From assembly GCA_015233495.1 (NCBI GenBank), contig JADFXQ010000015.1:1-37540 (forward strand): a stretch of DNA of 37,540 nt. Direction: 5' to 3'. Position numbers and translations under genes: made by a program. Position 1 is the stretch's first letter, and the number at the start of each line of letters is the position of its first letter. The notes beneath the pieces were generated by a model, which was given only the letters and a program-made list of their open reading frames with translations, was not told the origin of the DNA and searched no databases. Source of the DNA: Candidatus Omnitrophota bacterium (GTDB lineage Bacteria > Omnitrophota > Gorgyraeia > Zapsychrales > Zapsychraceae). Shown one piece after another: positions 10,448 to 20,159 of this stretch.

Positions 10448-10888
10448 ATGACGGATCAACGCCAATTTTCCCGACAATCGGTGGATACTTCGGATTTTAT
10501 GTATCCGGTAGAATCACAAATCCGCTATCGGCTGAAAAATTTATTTTCTCTTTTTGCGTGGCGGCCGGCGGTAGCCGCGGTCAAAAATGTAAGCGCGGAA
10601 GGATTATGCTTTGTTTCTAACCGCCGTTTAAAACCCGGAGACCGTTTGGATATGGAATTGTGTTTGCCCGGTTTTAAGGAAGTGGTGCGGATGGAAGGCG
10701 AGGCCCGCTGGTCAGCTCAATCCGCAGCGGGCGAGAAAATTTATGACACCGGGGTGCGCGTGAAAACCGTGTCCGGTAAATCTGTTCCGGAAACCGTGTA
10801 TTTTGACCAAACCTACCACCTCTATTGGAGCGCGGTCCTCGAATCCATCCTTGGCCGCTTCCGCGTTTTGCAGCGTGACAAACAATAA
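10448..10888 (+). CDS. PilZ-domain protein
   Basis: RQFSR (RxxxR) and NVSAEG (D/NxSxxG) c-di-GMP motifs; GEARW...YDTGV. Confidence 0.85.
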   Translation: MTDQRQFSRQSVDTSDFMYPVESQIRYRLKNLFSLFAWRPAVAAVKNVSAEGLCFVSNRRLKPGDRLDMELCLPGFKEVVRMEGEARWSAQSAAGEKIYDTGVRVKTVSGKSVPETVYFDQTYHLYWSAVLESILGRFRVLQRDKQ

Positions 10889-10921
10889 TCAGAAAAAGAC
10901 GCGCGCAATTGTAATAAATCC

Positions 10922-10950
10922 TTGACAGGTTCTAACCCCGGTTATAGTAT
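10922..10950 (+). promoter_or_regulatory. Sigma70-type promoter for glgP
   Basis: TTGACA (10922-10927), 17-bp spacer, TAGTAT (10945-10950), with an overlapping TATAAT. Confidence 0.6.
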
Positions 10951-11025
10951 AATTTTTGCAATAAGGATTTTTTTGTATCTTTATGAAATATAACGAATTA
11001 GCGATGTGTGAGGGAGGTTGTAATT

Positions 11026-13503
11026 ATGTCGAACCCGGCAAAATCCCCGAAAATCAGCTGGAAAAATATTTATCAGGATATGACGGAAACCGGGGTCAAG
11101 GAATCGTTTCTGCATCATCTTCATTATACTTTAGCCAAAGACCAATATTCCGCCACGGAATATGATAATTATCAGGCGCTTTCCTTAGCCGTGCGCGATC
11201 GGATCGTGCAACGCTGGATCGAAACCCAGCAACGCTATCATAAACAAAATCTCAAACGGGTTTATTATTTGTCCATGGAATTTCTCATCGGCCGGTTGAT
11301 GGGGAACAACGTTTATAACCTCGGTTTGGAAAAAGCGGCAGCCACGGCTTTGGATTCTTTGGGGCTGTCTTTAGAAAACGTGCGGGAACAGGAAGTTGAC
11401 GCGGGTCTGGGCAACGGCGGCTTAGGCCGTCTCGCCGCGTGTTTTCTTGACTCGATGGCGTCTTTAGGCATACCGGCGCACGGCTACGGCATCCGTTATG
11501 AATACGGAATTTTCCGCCAAAAAATCAAGAATGGTTATCAAGAAGAACTCCCGGATGAATGGCTGCGCCACGGCTTTCCGTGGGAATTCGCCCGGCCGGA
11601 ATACACGGCGAAAGTCCATTATTACGGACGGGTCGAAAATTCCACGGACGACAAGGGCCGGCCGCGTTCCCGCTGGGTGGATACCTATGACGTTATGGCA
11701 GTGCCGTATGATATTCCGGTTGTCGGTTATAAGAACGACGTAGTAAACACTCTGCGGTTGTGGTCATCCCGCAGCACGGAAGATTTTGATTTTGAATATT
11801 TTAATGACGGCGATTATGAAAAGGCGGTTTATTCGAAGATCATGTCGGAGAATATTTCCAAGGTGCTTTATCCTAATGACTCCGCGGCCAACGGCCGGGA
11901 GCTTCGCTTGAAACAGGAATATTTTTTTACCGCCGCGGCGATCACGGATATTATCCGGCGCTATCAGTCGGAAAATAACGACCTGCGCAAACTGCACGAG
12001 AAAATCGCGATTCAATTGAATGACACTCACCCGGCGATCGCTATCGCGGAATTGCTGCGGGTTTTGATCGATGATTACCGGCTAACTTGGGACGAGGCTT
12101 GGGCCACGACTAAACAGGTTTTCGCTTATACCAATCACACCTTGATGCCGGAGGCGCTCGAATGTTGGTCCGTGGAATTGTTGGGCCGGGTTTTGCCGCG
12201 GCATTTGCAAATTATTTATGAGATCAACGCCCGTTTTTTAAGCGAAGTGTCGGTGCGTTTCCCGGGAGAGCCGCAGATGATGGAGCGCGTTTCACTCGTC
12301 CAGGAAGGCGAACAGAAAAAAATCCGCATGGCCTATTTATCGATCGTCGGCAGCCACGCGGTAAACGGCGTTTCCAAACTCCATTCGGAATTGTTGACTA
12401 AGACATTGTTTCATGATTTTTACCGGATTTATCCGGATCGGTTTAATAATAAAACCAACGGCATCACCCAGCGGCGCTGGCTTTTGAAATCCAATCCGGC
12501 TTTAGCGGATTTGATCACGGAAACCATTGGCGACCAATGGGTGAGTAACCTGGATGAACTGGATAAGCTTAAAGGGCTGCGCGAAAAAGCCGATTTCCGC
12601 AAAAAATGGCAGGCTGTTAAAAAAACCAATAAAGAAAATTTTGCGGAATATTTGCAAAACACGTCGGGAATTACGGTTGACCCGTCGACTTTGTTTGACG
12701 TGCAGGTCAAACGGATGCATGAATATAAGCGGCAGTTTTTGTTCGCGTTATACATGGTTTCCCAATATTTGTGCCTGAAGAACGACCCGAAAAAATTTGT
12801 GCAGCCGCGCACTTTTTTTGTCGGCGGTAAAGCCGCGCCGGCTTACATGATGGCAAAATTGGTGATCAAATTTATCAACAGCCTGGCGTATGTCATCAAC
12901 GGCGACCCGGAGGTGAAGGGCCGGCTCAAGGTTGTGTTTTTGGAAAATTATCGCGTCTCGTTAGCGGAAAAGATATTTCCGGCCAGCGATCTCTCCGAAC
13001 AGATTTCGACCGCCGGCACCGAAGCTTCGGGTACCGGCAACATGAAATTCATGCTCAACGGCGCCTTAACTGTCGGCACGATGGACGGCGCCAATGTCGA
13101 GATCGCCGATCTCGTCGGAAAAGATAATATTTATATTTTTGGCTTAAAAACGCCGGAAGTGGCAAATCTCCGTCCGGGATATCAACCGCAGGATTTCATC
13201 AATCGTTCTGCCGCCTTGCGCGAGATTATGGACTTGATCCGGAGTAATTTCTTTTCGCGGTATGAACCGGGGATTTTCGAGCCGTTGTACAATGCGGTCG
13301 TTTATCACGACCCGTTTTTGGTCTGCGCGGATTTTGAAGATTATGTCCGGGTGCAGGATGTGATTTCGCGGGATTATTTGGACGCCGAGCTTTGGACCAA
13401 ACGTTCCATCATGAATGTTGCCCGTTCCGGATTTTTTTCCAGCGACCGAACGATCCGCGAATACGCAAAAGATATTTGGAAAGTGGACACGGCAGGCAAA
13501 TGA
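11026..13503 (+). CDS. glgP: Glycogen/starch/alpha-glucan phosphorylase
   Basis: YLSMEFLIGR, GLGNGGLGRLAACFLDS, QLNDTHP, KRMHEYKRQ, EASGTGNMKF PLP motif; GGAGG RBS before ATG 11026. Confidence 0.98.
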   Translation: MSNPAKSPKISWKNIYQDMTETGVKESFLHHLHYTLAKDQYSATEYDNYQALSLAVRDRIVQRWIETQQRYHKQNLKRVYYLSMEFLIGRLMGNNVYNLGLEKAAATALDSLGLSLENVREQEVDAGLGNGGLGRLAACFLDSMASLGIPAHGYGIRYEYGIFRQKIKNGYQEELPDEWLRHGFPWEFARPEYTAKVHYYGRVENSTDDKGRPRSRWVDTYDVMAVPYDIPVVGYKNDVVNTLRLWSSRSTEDFDFEYFNDGDYEKAVYSKIMSENISKVLYPNDSAANGRELRLKQEYFFTAAAITDIIRRYQSENNDLRKLHEKIAIQLNDTHPAIAIAELLRVLIDDYRLTWDEAWATTKQVFAYTNHTLMPEALECWSVELLGRVLPRHLQIIYEINARFLSEVSVRFPGEPQMMERVSLVQEGEQKKIRMAYLSIVGSHAVNGVSKLHSELLTKTLFHDFYRIYPDRFNNKTNGITQRRWLLKSNPALADLITETIGDQWVSNLDELDKLKGLREKADFRKKWQAVKKTNKENFAEYLQNTSGITVDPSTLFDVQVKRMHEYKRQFLFALYMVSQYLCLKNDPKKFVQPRTFFVGGKAAPAYMMAKLVIKFINSLAYVINGDPEVKGRLKVVFLENYRVSLAEKIFPASDLSEQISTAGTEASGTGNMKFMLNGALTVGTMDGANVEIADLVGKDNIYIFGLKTPEVANLRPGYQPQDFINRSAALREIMDLIRSNFFSRYEPGIFEPLYNAVVYHDPFLVCADFEDYVRVQDVISRDYLDAELWTKRSIMNVARSGFFSSDRTIREYAKDIWKVDTAGK

Positions 13504-13568
13504 GCCTAATCCCGCCGGGCAGCGGGCTTAAAAAACGAAACATGGGTCAAAGGGAAAAGGAGCAGGAT

Positions 13569-13949
13569 ATGGCTGGTTTATCCAAAGAAGAATTGTTAAA
13601 AATTCCTCAGGCGGTTGAAGAAATCAAGCGCCATCTGTGGATCGAAAGCGAGCAGGCGGGATATGATATCGGGTTTGACAATGCCGCGGATGATTGGATC
13701 AAAAAATATTCTCTCGAATGGCTGAAATATTTCATGCCGGAAAAAATAAAATCTAGCCCGGGATCCTGTTGCGCTTTGAACGCGTCTTGTTGCGCGCCCG
13801 CGAAGCCGGCCGTGGCAGAACCGACAGGGTTGGGCGCTCCGCCGCCATCCCGCGCCACTGGAAGCATGGCGCCTTCAGCTTTTGCGGAGCCGGCCGCTCC
13901 TTCAGAGAACAAAACGGATAAACGTCGTTCGGCAAAATCTTATAAATAA
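13569..13949 (+). CDS. Hypothetical protein with DUF4032-like N-terminus and Cys/Pro/Ala-rich tail
   Basis: EEIKRHLWIESEQAGYDIGFDNAADDW resembles DUF4032; AAGGAG RBS before ATG 13569. Confidence 0.65.
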   Translation: MAGLSKEELLKIPQAVEEIKRHLWIESEQAGYDIGFDNAADDWIKKYSLEWLKYFMPEKIKSSPGSCCALNASCCAPAKPAVAEPTGLGAPPPSRATGSMAPSAFAEPAAPSENKTDKRRSAKSYK

Positions 13950-13967
13950 AACGGCGAAGGATGTTTT

Positions 13968-14480
13968 ATGCCCAAAGAGAATCCTCCGTTCAACTCGTTG
14001 GCGCATTATCTGCGGCATACTAAGGTTAAAGACATTATGAAGGCCCCCGCGACCACGATGCGCGAAGAGGATTCTTTGAGCGTGGCCTTGCTAAAATTTA
14101 TCGGGCACCGGGTTTCGCATGTCGCGGTCTTGGATGAAACCAATCGCCTCATCGGTGTTATCAGCAAGAAATACTTATACCGGGCGCACGCCCCCCGGCG
14201 TTTGCAATTGGGCCAGATGGTTTACGCTCCGGACATGATTGTCGACGGAGACGCCTATTTTTCCAAAGGGGATTTAGACGGATATTTTTTGAGCCAGGTG
14301 ATCAAACGGGACCCGTTAGCGCTGCGCGAGAATGATACTTTGGCGGACGCGGTGGACACCATGTGGAGAAAAAATTTAGCTTATCTTCCGATCGTTGACC
14401 GGAACCGTTATGTGGTCGGGGCTCTGACGGATCAGGACGTGATCGCATATTTCGCCCAAATTGCCGCGGGCGCTTCCTAA
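13968..14480 (+). CDS. CBS-domain pair protein
   Basis: KVKDIM..., VAVLD...LIGVIS, LPIVD...VVGALTDQD tandem CBS pattern. Confidence 0.88.
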   Translation: MPKENPPFNSLAHYLRHTKVKDIMKAPATTMREEDSLSVALLKFIGHRVSHVAVLDETNRLIGVISKKYLYRAHAPRRLQLGQMVYAPDMIVDGDAYFSKGDLDGYFLSQVIKRDPLALRENDTLADAVDTMWRKNLAYLPIVDRNRYVVGALTDQDVIAYFAQIAAGAS

Positions 14481-14633
14481 AAAACAAATTCTTCCTTTTT
14501 ACGTTTCTCGTTTGTGTTACAATAACTCGATTTTTGGGGAAAACCTTATTCTGGGACGCGCCCGCGGATGCGCGGCTTTATTGCGCGGGTCGGCGCAGCT
14601 GTTGTTCCAGAAATTTATAATGGAGAAAAATCC

Positions 14634-15053
14634 ATGGCGAACAATGTTGCTCAAGAACGCCGTCAATATGTTCGGGTTGCGGCGCGGGAGGTCTTAAATT
14701 GCCGGCGTTTCACTGCGAATGCTTTTATGGCGCAGGATGTGAATGAACGCATCAGCGCGGTGACGAAAAATTTAAGCGCCGGAGGCGTGTTATTCGAGTC
14801 CCCAAAATTGTTCGAAGTGGGGACTCTGCTTAAATTGGAAATTGATCTGCCGGGTTGGGAAGTTTTTAAACGGGAATTTTATAAGAAAGACGCGATATCG
14901 CGTTCGGAACCGCTGATTATTCTGGCCACGGTTGTCCGGGTGGAAATCATCAAGCCGGAAAAATTGTTCGATATCGGCGTGTGTTTTGCCGCGATCGATG
15001 AAGGCCATCGCTGGGCATTGATGCAGTATATTGAACACCATAAAAGAAAATGA
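14634..15053 (+). CDS. PilZ-domain protein
   Basis: ERRQYVR and NLSAGG motifs, ATVVRV...IGVCF; GGAG RBS before ATG 14634. Confidence 0.88.
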   Translation: MANNVAQERRQYVRVAAREVLNCRRFTANAFMAQDVNERISAVTKNLSAGGVLFESPKLFEVGTLLKLEIDLPGWEVFKREFYKKDAISRSEPLIILATVVRVEIIKPEKLFDIGVCFAAIDEGHRWALMQYIEHHKRK

Positions 15054-15056
15054 CAA

Positions 15057-16403
15057 ATGAATCAGACAAGACCGACCTTAGCCCGTCATATTGACGGCAA
15101 TCTTGATTTCAACGCGGAATTCGCCGCGACCTATGACCTACTGGAAAATTCCGGACGCAATGTGTTTGTGACGGGAGAAGCGGGCACGGGGAAATCCACG
15201 CTTCTGCAATATTTTCGCGAACACACGACGAAAAACGCCGTGGTTTTAGCGCCGACCGGCGTGGCCGCGGTCAATGTTCGGGGACAGACCATTCATTCTT
15301 TTTTTCGGTTTCGGCCGGATGTCACCGCGGACAAAATCCGGTCTATCAAATTGCGCAAGGACCAGCGGAAGATTTATAAATCCCTCGCGGTTGTAGTGAT
15401 CGACGAGGTATCGATGGTGCGGGCGGACCTCTTGGACTGTGTGGACGCGTTTTTGCGGCTGCACGGCCCCCGGAAAAAAGCGCCGTTCGGCGGCGTGCAA
15501 ATGATTTTTTTTGGCGACCTGTTTCAATTGCCGCCGGTGGTGACCCGGCAGGACCGGCCGCTGTTTGAACAGGGGGGGTACGCCGGGCCGTATTTTTTTA
15601 ACGCTAAGTGTTTTGTGGATTTGAACGTCGCGGTGGTCACGCTGACCAAAATTTACCGTCAAAAAGACGAAGGATTTATCCGCTTGCTCAACCGTTTGCG
15701 AAACCGGCAGTTGAGTGGTTTGGATTTGAACGAATTAAATCAACGCGTAGTGCCCGGGTTTGAGCCTCGGGATCGGGGCTTCTACATCAATTTAACCACA
15801 ACCAACGCTCTCGCCGACCGGATCAATGCTGAGCATTTAGAGAAAATCCCCGGCAAGCCGGCCGTTTTGGCCGGGGAAATCGAGGGGGAATTCCAGGAGA
15901 AAAATTTGCCGACTAAGGAGGCCCTGGAACTCAAAATCGGCGCGCAGGTGATGTTGTTGAACAATGACGCGCAAGGCCGCTGGGTCAACGGCAGCATCGG
16001 CAAGGTTTTGTCGGTTGACGGTCAGGTATGCGTCGAGCTGTCCGACGGCCAGGTTGTGGACGTGGACCCGTATGATTGGGAAATGTACCGTTTTGTCTAT
16101 GATGAGGAAACGGAAAGTCTGGTGTCCGAGCCCACGGGGTCGTTTCGTCAGTATCCGTTGCGTTTAGCGTGGGCGGTAACGATCCATAAAGCCCAGGGCC
16201 AGACTTTTTCGCAGGTGGTGATTGATTTTGGCAGCGGCGCGTTTTCCCACGGCCAGGCGTATGTGGCCTTAAGCCGTTGCGTGAGTTTGTCCGGTGTAGT
16301 GTTGCGCCGACCGGTGACCATGGGAGACGTGTTGCTAGACGAGCGGGTCGTAGATTTTATGAAAGACACAAGGACACAAGGACACAAGACACAAGTATTG
16401 TAG
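15057..16403 (+). CDS. Pif1-family (SF1B) DNA helicase
   Basis: GEAGTGKS, APTGVAA, DEVSM, GDLFQLPPV, LAWAVTIHKAQGQT, AYVALSR. Confidence 0.92.
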   Translation: MNQTRPTLARHIDGNLDFNAEFAATYDLLENSGRNVFVTGEAGTGKSTLLQYFREHTTKNAVVLAPTGVAAVNVRGQTIHSFFRFRPDVTADKIRSIKLRKDQRKIYKSLAVVVIDEVSMVRADLLDCVDAFLRLHGPRKKAPFGGVQMIFFGDLFQLPPVVTRQDRPLFEQGGYAGPYFFNAKCFVDLNVAVVTLTKIYRQKDEGFIRLLNRLRNRQLSGLDLNELNQRVVPGFEPRDRGFYINLTTTNALADRINAEHLEKIPGKPAVLAGEIEGEFQEKNLPTKEALELKIGAQVMLLNNDAQGRWVNGSIGKVLSVDGQVCVELSDGQVVDVDPYDWEMYRFVYDEETESLVSEPTGSFRQYPLRLAWAVTIHKAQGQTFSQVVIDFGSGAFSHGQAYVALSRCVSLSGVVLRRPVTMGDVLLDERVVDFMKDTRTQGHKTQVL

Positions 16404-16517
16404 AATTTTGGGTAATTTTTTAATGGTAGGTCAGCCAAATTCGATAAGATTATAAAATGACATGACCAAGATGACTTGTGTCCTGTGACTTGTGTCTTGT
16501 ATCCTGTGTCATCTGTG
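16365..16517. repeat. ~80-nt core element bounded by inverted GACACAA(G) tandem arrays, copy 1
   Basis: 4x GACACAA(G) at 16365-16395, complementary CTTGTGTC-like units at 16475-16517; core 16388-16468 matches the reverse complement of 18141-18220. Confidence 0.88.
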
Positions 16518-16524
16518 AGGAACC

Positions 16525-17391
16525 ATGGCAAACGCTATTCTGCTAATTTCTTGTCCTGACCAACGGGGCATTACCGCCGCGGTTACGGGGTTTGTTTTTC
16601 AGCATAACGGCAATATTTTGCACGCGGATCAGCATATCGACGATCAAACCAACACGTTTTTTATGCGCTTGGAGTGGGCGATCGACGGATTGGATGTGTC
16701 GGCGGAGGAATTCGCTCGGCAGTTTCAACCGATCGCCGATCGGTTTGCGATGCGTTGGCATTTGAATTTCCCTGATCCCGCGCAGGGCGAGGCTCTGCCC
16801 CGGGTGGCAATTTTTGTTTCGAAACAAATTCATTGTTTGTATGACCTTTTATTGCGCCAACGCTCCGGGCAGCTGGCTTGCGTGATACCCGTAGTGATCA
16901 GCAATCACCCCAACGCCGCTGGCGTAGCGAAAGATTTTGGCGTGAGTTTTTATGAGTTTATAGTTACCAAGGAAAATAAGGCCGAACAGGAACAAAAACA
17001 GCAGGAGATTTTAAGGCGGGAACGCGTTGAGCTGATCGTTCTGGCGCGTTATCATCAAATTTTTTCCCGGTCGTTTGTTGAGCAATACCCGGATAAAATT
17101 ATCAATATTCATCATTCGTTTTTGCCAGCCTTTGCCGGCAGCAATCCCTATGGCCGGGCATATGAACGGGGCGTGAAATTGATCGGCGCTACCGCGCATT
17201 ATGTCACCGAGCAATTGGATGAAGGCCCGATCATTGAACAGGACACGACGCGCGTCAGCCATCGCGATTCCGTCGCGGATATGGTGCGTAAAGGGGAGGA
17301 TCTGGAAAAGGTCGCGTTGAGCCGGGCAGTACGCTGGCATTTGGAAATGAAAATTTTGCGCTATCAAAACAAGACCGTGATTTTCGACTAA
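16525..17391 (+). CDS. purU: Formyltetrahydrofolate deformylase
   Basis: ACT domain SCPDQRGITAAV, INIHHSFLPAF.G..PY, GVKLIGATAHYVTEQLDEGPIIEQ. Confidence 0.96.
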   Translation: MANAILLISCPDQRGITAAVTGFVFQHNGNILHADQHIDDQTNTFFMRLEWAIDGLDVSAEEFARQFQPIADRFAMRWHLNFPDPAQGEALPRVAIFVSKQIHCLYDLLLRQRSGQLACVIPVVISNHPNAAGVAKDFGVSFYEFIVTKENKAEQEQKQQEILRRERVELIVLARYHQIFSRSFVEQYPDKIINIHHSFLPAFAGSNPYGRAYERGVKLIGATAHYVTEQLDEGPIIEQDTTRVSHRDSVADMVRKGEDLEKVALSRAVRWHLEMKILRYQNKTVIFD

Positions 17392-17394
17392 GCT

Positions 17395-18111
17395 ATGCCG
17401 CCAGTGAGAAAACGCCAGCCGCGGACTGCCGCATTTAATCTTTTTGAATTATTATTCGGATCGATCGCCGTGGATACTCTGATTTTGCTGAATGTCGCGG
17501 CGTTTTTTTTCGTTCATTTCACGCCCCAGGGCCGGGCGATTTTTCCTTCGCTGATTCTTTTTCCCGGCGGATTGTTTCAGGGCCGGGTCTGGACTTTGTT
17601 GACTTCGGGATTTGTGCACGCGAGCGGATCGCATTTGTTTTGGAACATGTTCGGTTTGTTTATTTTTGGCCGGATTGTGGAACGGCAATTGAAACCCGCC
17701 AAGACCCTGTTTGTTTATTTCGGCGCTTTGCTGGTGTCGATGATTGCCGCGGTCTTGATCTATGGGTTTGTTTTTCACAAGAACATCGCGATTGTCGGCG
17801 CTTCCGGCGCGGTTATGGGTTTGGTGTCTGCGGCGATGTTATTGGACCCGTTGGCAGTCACTTGGGAAATGCTGATTCCTTTGCCGACCATGATGAAAGG
17901 CTGGTTGTTCCTCTGCGTTGATATCAATGGGTTTTTAGGCGGGGAAAAAGACGGGATCAGCCATCTGGCGCATTTATGCGGGTTTGTCTCGATTACGGTT
18001 TTGGTTTATTTTTTGGCGAAAAAAGACCGGAAAAAATTTGCGACTGGTTTGGCGATTAATTTGCTATCATTATTTGTTTTTGCTGGTTTAGCTTGGTGGT
18101 TAAACAATTAA
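17395..18111 (+). CDS. Rhomboid-family intramembrane serine protease
   Basis: HLFWNM, GASG catalytic Ser, SHLAHLCG catalytic His; multiple TM helices. Confidence 0.92.
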   Translation: MPPVRKRQPRTAAFNLFELLFGSIAVDTLILLNVAAFFFVHFTPQGRAIFPSLILFPGGLFQGRVWTLLTSGFVHASGSHLFWNMFGLFIFGRIVERQLKPAKTLFVYFGALLVSMIAAVLIYGFVFHKNIAIVGASGAVMGLVSAAMLLDPLAVTWEMLIPLPTMMKGWLFLCVDINGFLGGEKDGISHLAHLCGFVSITVLVYFLAKKDRKKFATGLAINLLSLFVFAGLAWWLNN

Positions 18112-18112
18112 G

Positions 18113-18220
18113 GACGCAAGACACAGGACACAAGACATACTGGTCATGTCATTTTAAACCTGATCGAATCTGGCTGACCTATCGTTAAAAAGTTACACAA
18201 TATTTTACAATACTTGTGTC
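18113..18220. repeat. ~80-nt core element with GACACAA arrays, copy 2 (inverted relative to copy 1)
   Basis: GACGCAA GACACAG GACACAA GACATA, then the core, ending CTTGTGTC; reverse complement aligns to 16388-16468. Confidence 0.88.
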
Positions 18221-18228
18221 ATTTTACT

Positions 18229-19533
18229 ATGGCTGACGAATTTTTTTCCGTATCGGAATTAAACAATTTTATCAAAGACGTGATCAATGCCGGGTTCCCG
18301 CAAATGGTGTGGGTCTGCGGGGAGATCCAGTCGTATGACCGCAATAAGAACAAGTCGCATGTGTTTTTCGAACTCGTTGAAAAAGACAAACAATCGCACG
18401 ATGTGACGGCCCGGATCGGGTTGGTGATTTTCGCGGGGCGACGGTCTTATATTGAGGCGGTGTTAAAAAAGAGCGAGAACGGCTTCGCTTTAAAAGATGA
18501 TATTGAGGTGAAGTTTGCCTGCCGGGTGGATTTTTATCCGCCGCACGGCGCGGTTCGTTTGATAGTCGAGGATATTGACCCGGTTTATACCTTGGGCAAA
18601 ATGGCGCAGGAAAAACAGCGGCTGATCGCGTTGTTAAAACAGCAGGGTGTTTTGGACCGTAATAAACGGCTGGATCTGCCGCTTGTGCCGCTTAATCTGG
18701 GCTTGATTACGGCGTATGATTCGGCCGCGTATCATGATTTTGTGTCGGAATTGAAAAAAAGCGGATATGGGTTTACGATTTATTTGCGTGACGCCTTGAT
18801 GCAGGGCAAGAAAGCGGAAAGCGATGTGGCTGCGGCGATCGACGATTTGGAGAAGATCGCGGCGGTGGAGGCGATCGTGATCACGCGCGGCGGGGGATCG
18901 ATCGCGGATTTGAGTTGTTTTGACAGCCGGTTGATCGCGGAAAAAATTGCGGGATGCCGCTGCCCGGTGTTGAGCGGGATTGGGCATGAGATCAATACAA
19001 CGATCGCGGATTTGGCGAGTCATACTTTCGCGAAAACTCCGACGGCGATCGCGCAGTTTTTGGCCGGCCGGGTAAGCGAATTCGCGGCTCGCGTGGATCA
19101 GCTGCGGGACGGTTTGGTTGTGGCTTTGGGAGAAATTTTTAAGGGGCAGAGGTTGGTGTTGAGAGAGAACGCCCGCGGCCTTCAGGATGGCGCGACGCGG
19201 TATTTTAAAGCCCAGCAGGTGCAATTGGCCCAATTCAGCGAGCAGGTGCGGCAAAAACCGGTGCTGCGTCTGCGGGATTGCCGGCGGAGGATCGCCGAAA
19301 GACAGGCCGGGGTGGCGCAGGTCTTGGAGCGGCGCCTCGCCAAGGCGAAGCAGGCATTGACCCATTATGAGAAATTGGTCCAGATCGCGCATCCTAAACA
19401 CATTTTGCAGCGGGGGTTCAGTATTACGCGCGGTGAAAATGGCCAATTGATCCGAAGAACCAAAGATATTCATGCCGGCAAAACAATTGTGACGGAAGTT
19501 TTGGATGGGGAGTTTACAAGCCGAGTGGCGTAA
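18229..19533 (+). CDS. xseA: Exodeoxyribonuclease VII large subunit
   Basis: SVSELN, VWVCGEI, RGGGSIADLSCFD, SGIGHE, TPTA.A, LQRGFSI. Confidence 0.96.
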   Translation: MADEFFSVSELNNFIKDVINAGFPQMVWVCGEIQSYDRNKNKSHVFFELVEKDKQSHDVTARIGLVIFAGRRSYIEAVLKKSENGFALKDDIEVKFACRVDFYPPHGAVRLIVEDIDPVYTLGKMAQEKQRLIALLKQQGVLDRNKRLDLPLVPLNLGLITAYDSAAYHDFVSELKKSGYGFTIYLRDALMQGKKAESDVAAAIDDLEKIAAVEAIVITRGGGSIADLSCFDSRLIAEKIAGCRCPVLSGIGHEINTTIADLASHTFAKTPTAIAQFLAGRVSEFAARVDQLRDGLVVALGEIFKGQRLVLRENARGLQDGATRYFKAQQVQLAQFSEQVRQKPVLRLRDCRRRIAERQAGVAQVLERRLAKAKQALTHYEKLVQIAHPKHILQRGFSITRGENGQLIRRTKDIHAGKTIVTEVLDGEFTSRVA

Positions 19534-19590
19534 TGGCGCGTTCGCGGTTTTTCAAATACAAAGTTAATCTTTAACTGAGGAGATGATTGT

Positions 19591-20082
19591 ATGAAAAATT
19601 TCCACAACGCTTTGATTCTGGGGCTTGGCGCGATCATGTTGCTGAGCGCAAACGTTTTTGCCGCAGTTGTTAATGACAAATATCCAGAAATTCAGAAAAT
19701 TATCGATAGCGCCATTGCCAATGATCCGCAAATCACCGGATTTTGTATCTATGCGATTCTTTCGGGCCAGAGTAAGCTTATCCGAATCGCGTCTGATGAT
19801 CCCGCTATTATCGGAGCTGTCGGCGACCCGGAAGACTTGAAAGCCATGCAAAACGACAAGGTGATTACTTTATGGGAAAAAGACAGCGTCGGTGAACCGA
19901 TCGTCGACATTACCTATCCGATCAATGTCCGGGGTCAACCGGTTGCCGTGGCAGGGATCAAGTTTCGTCAGATCAAAGACAAAAGCGTATCCGAAAATAT
20001 GGCCATTGCCGACGCCAAGGCAAAAATCATTATCCAGGAATTGATTGAGAAAATCAATGCCGCGGCCAAACCGCTTTGGTAA
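19591..20082 (+). CDS. Secreted protein, possibly a stand-alone PDC/Cache-like sensor domain
   Basis: GAGGAG RBS; signal peptide ending VFA; IASDDPAIIG and DITYPINVRGQPVAVAGI patterns recall single Cache domains. Confidence 0.6.
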   Translation: MKNFHNALILGLGAIMLLSANVFAAVVNDKYPEIQKIIDSAIANDPQITGFCIYAILSGQSKLIRIASDDPAIIGAVGDPEDLKAMQNDKVITLWEKDSVGEPIVDITYPINVRGQPVAVAGIKFRQIKDKSVSENMAIADAKAKIIIQELIEKINAAAKPLW

Positions 20083-20159
20083 TTTTTTTTACGTCGTGGC
20101 GCAGAAATAAATTTATGAACGTGGTATTTTATTTAAATTGATTGAAAAGGAGAAGCCGG

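Noticed and set aside
14536..14610. c-di-GMP-I riboswitch upstream of the PilZ gene (GGAAAACC...GGGACGC)
   Set aside because: No GNRA tetraloop stem or GCAAAG/receptor elements; only a GC-rich, partly paired leader. An Infernal/Rfam scan would settle it.
16365..16517. Possible CRISPR array or DGR repeat
   Set aside because: Units are 7-8 nt without spacers; no cas or reverse transcriptase gene; differences between the 80-nt copies are not adenine-specific.
18634..19473. 279-aa antisense ORF, and the many other shadow ORFs in the track
   Set aside because: They overlap well-supported genes and show no motifs; expected in moderately GC-rich DNA.
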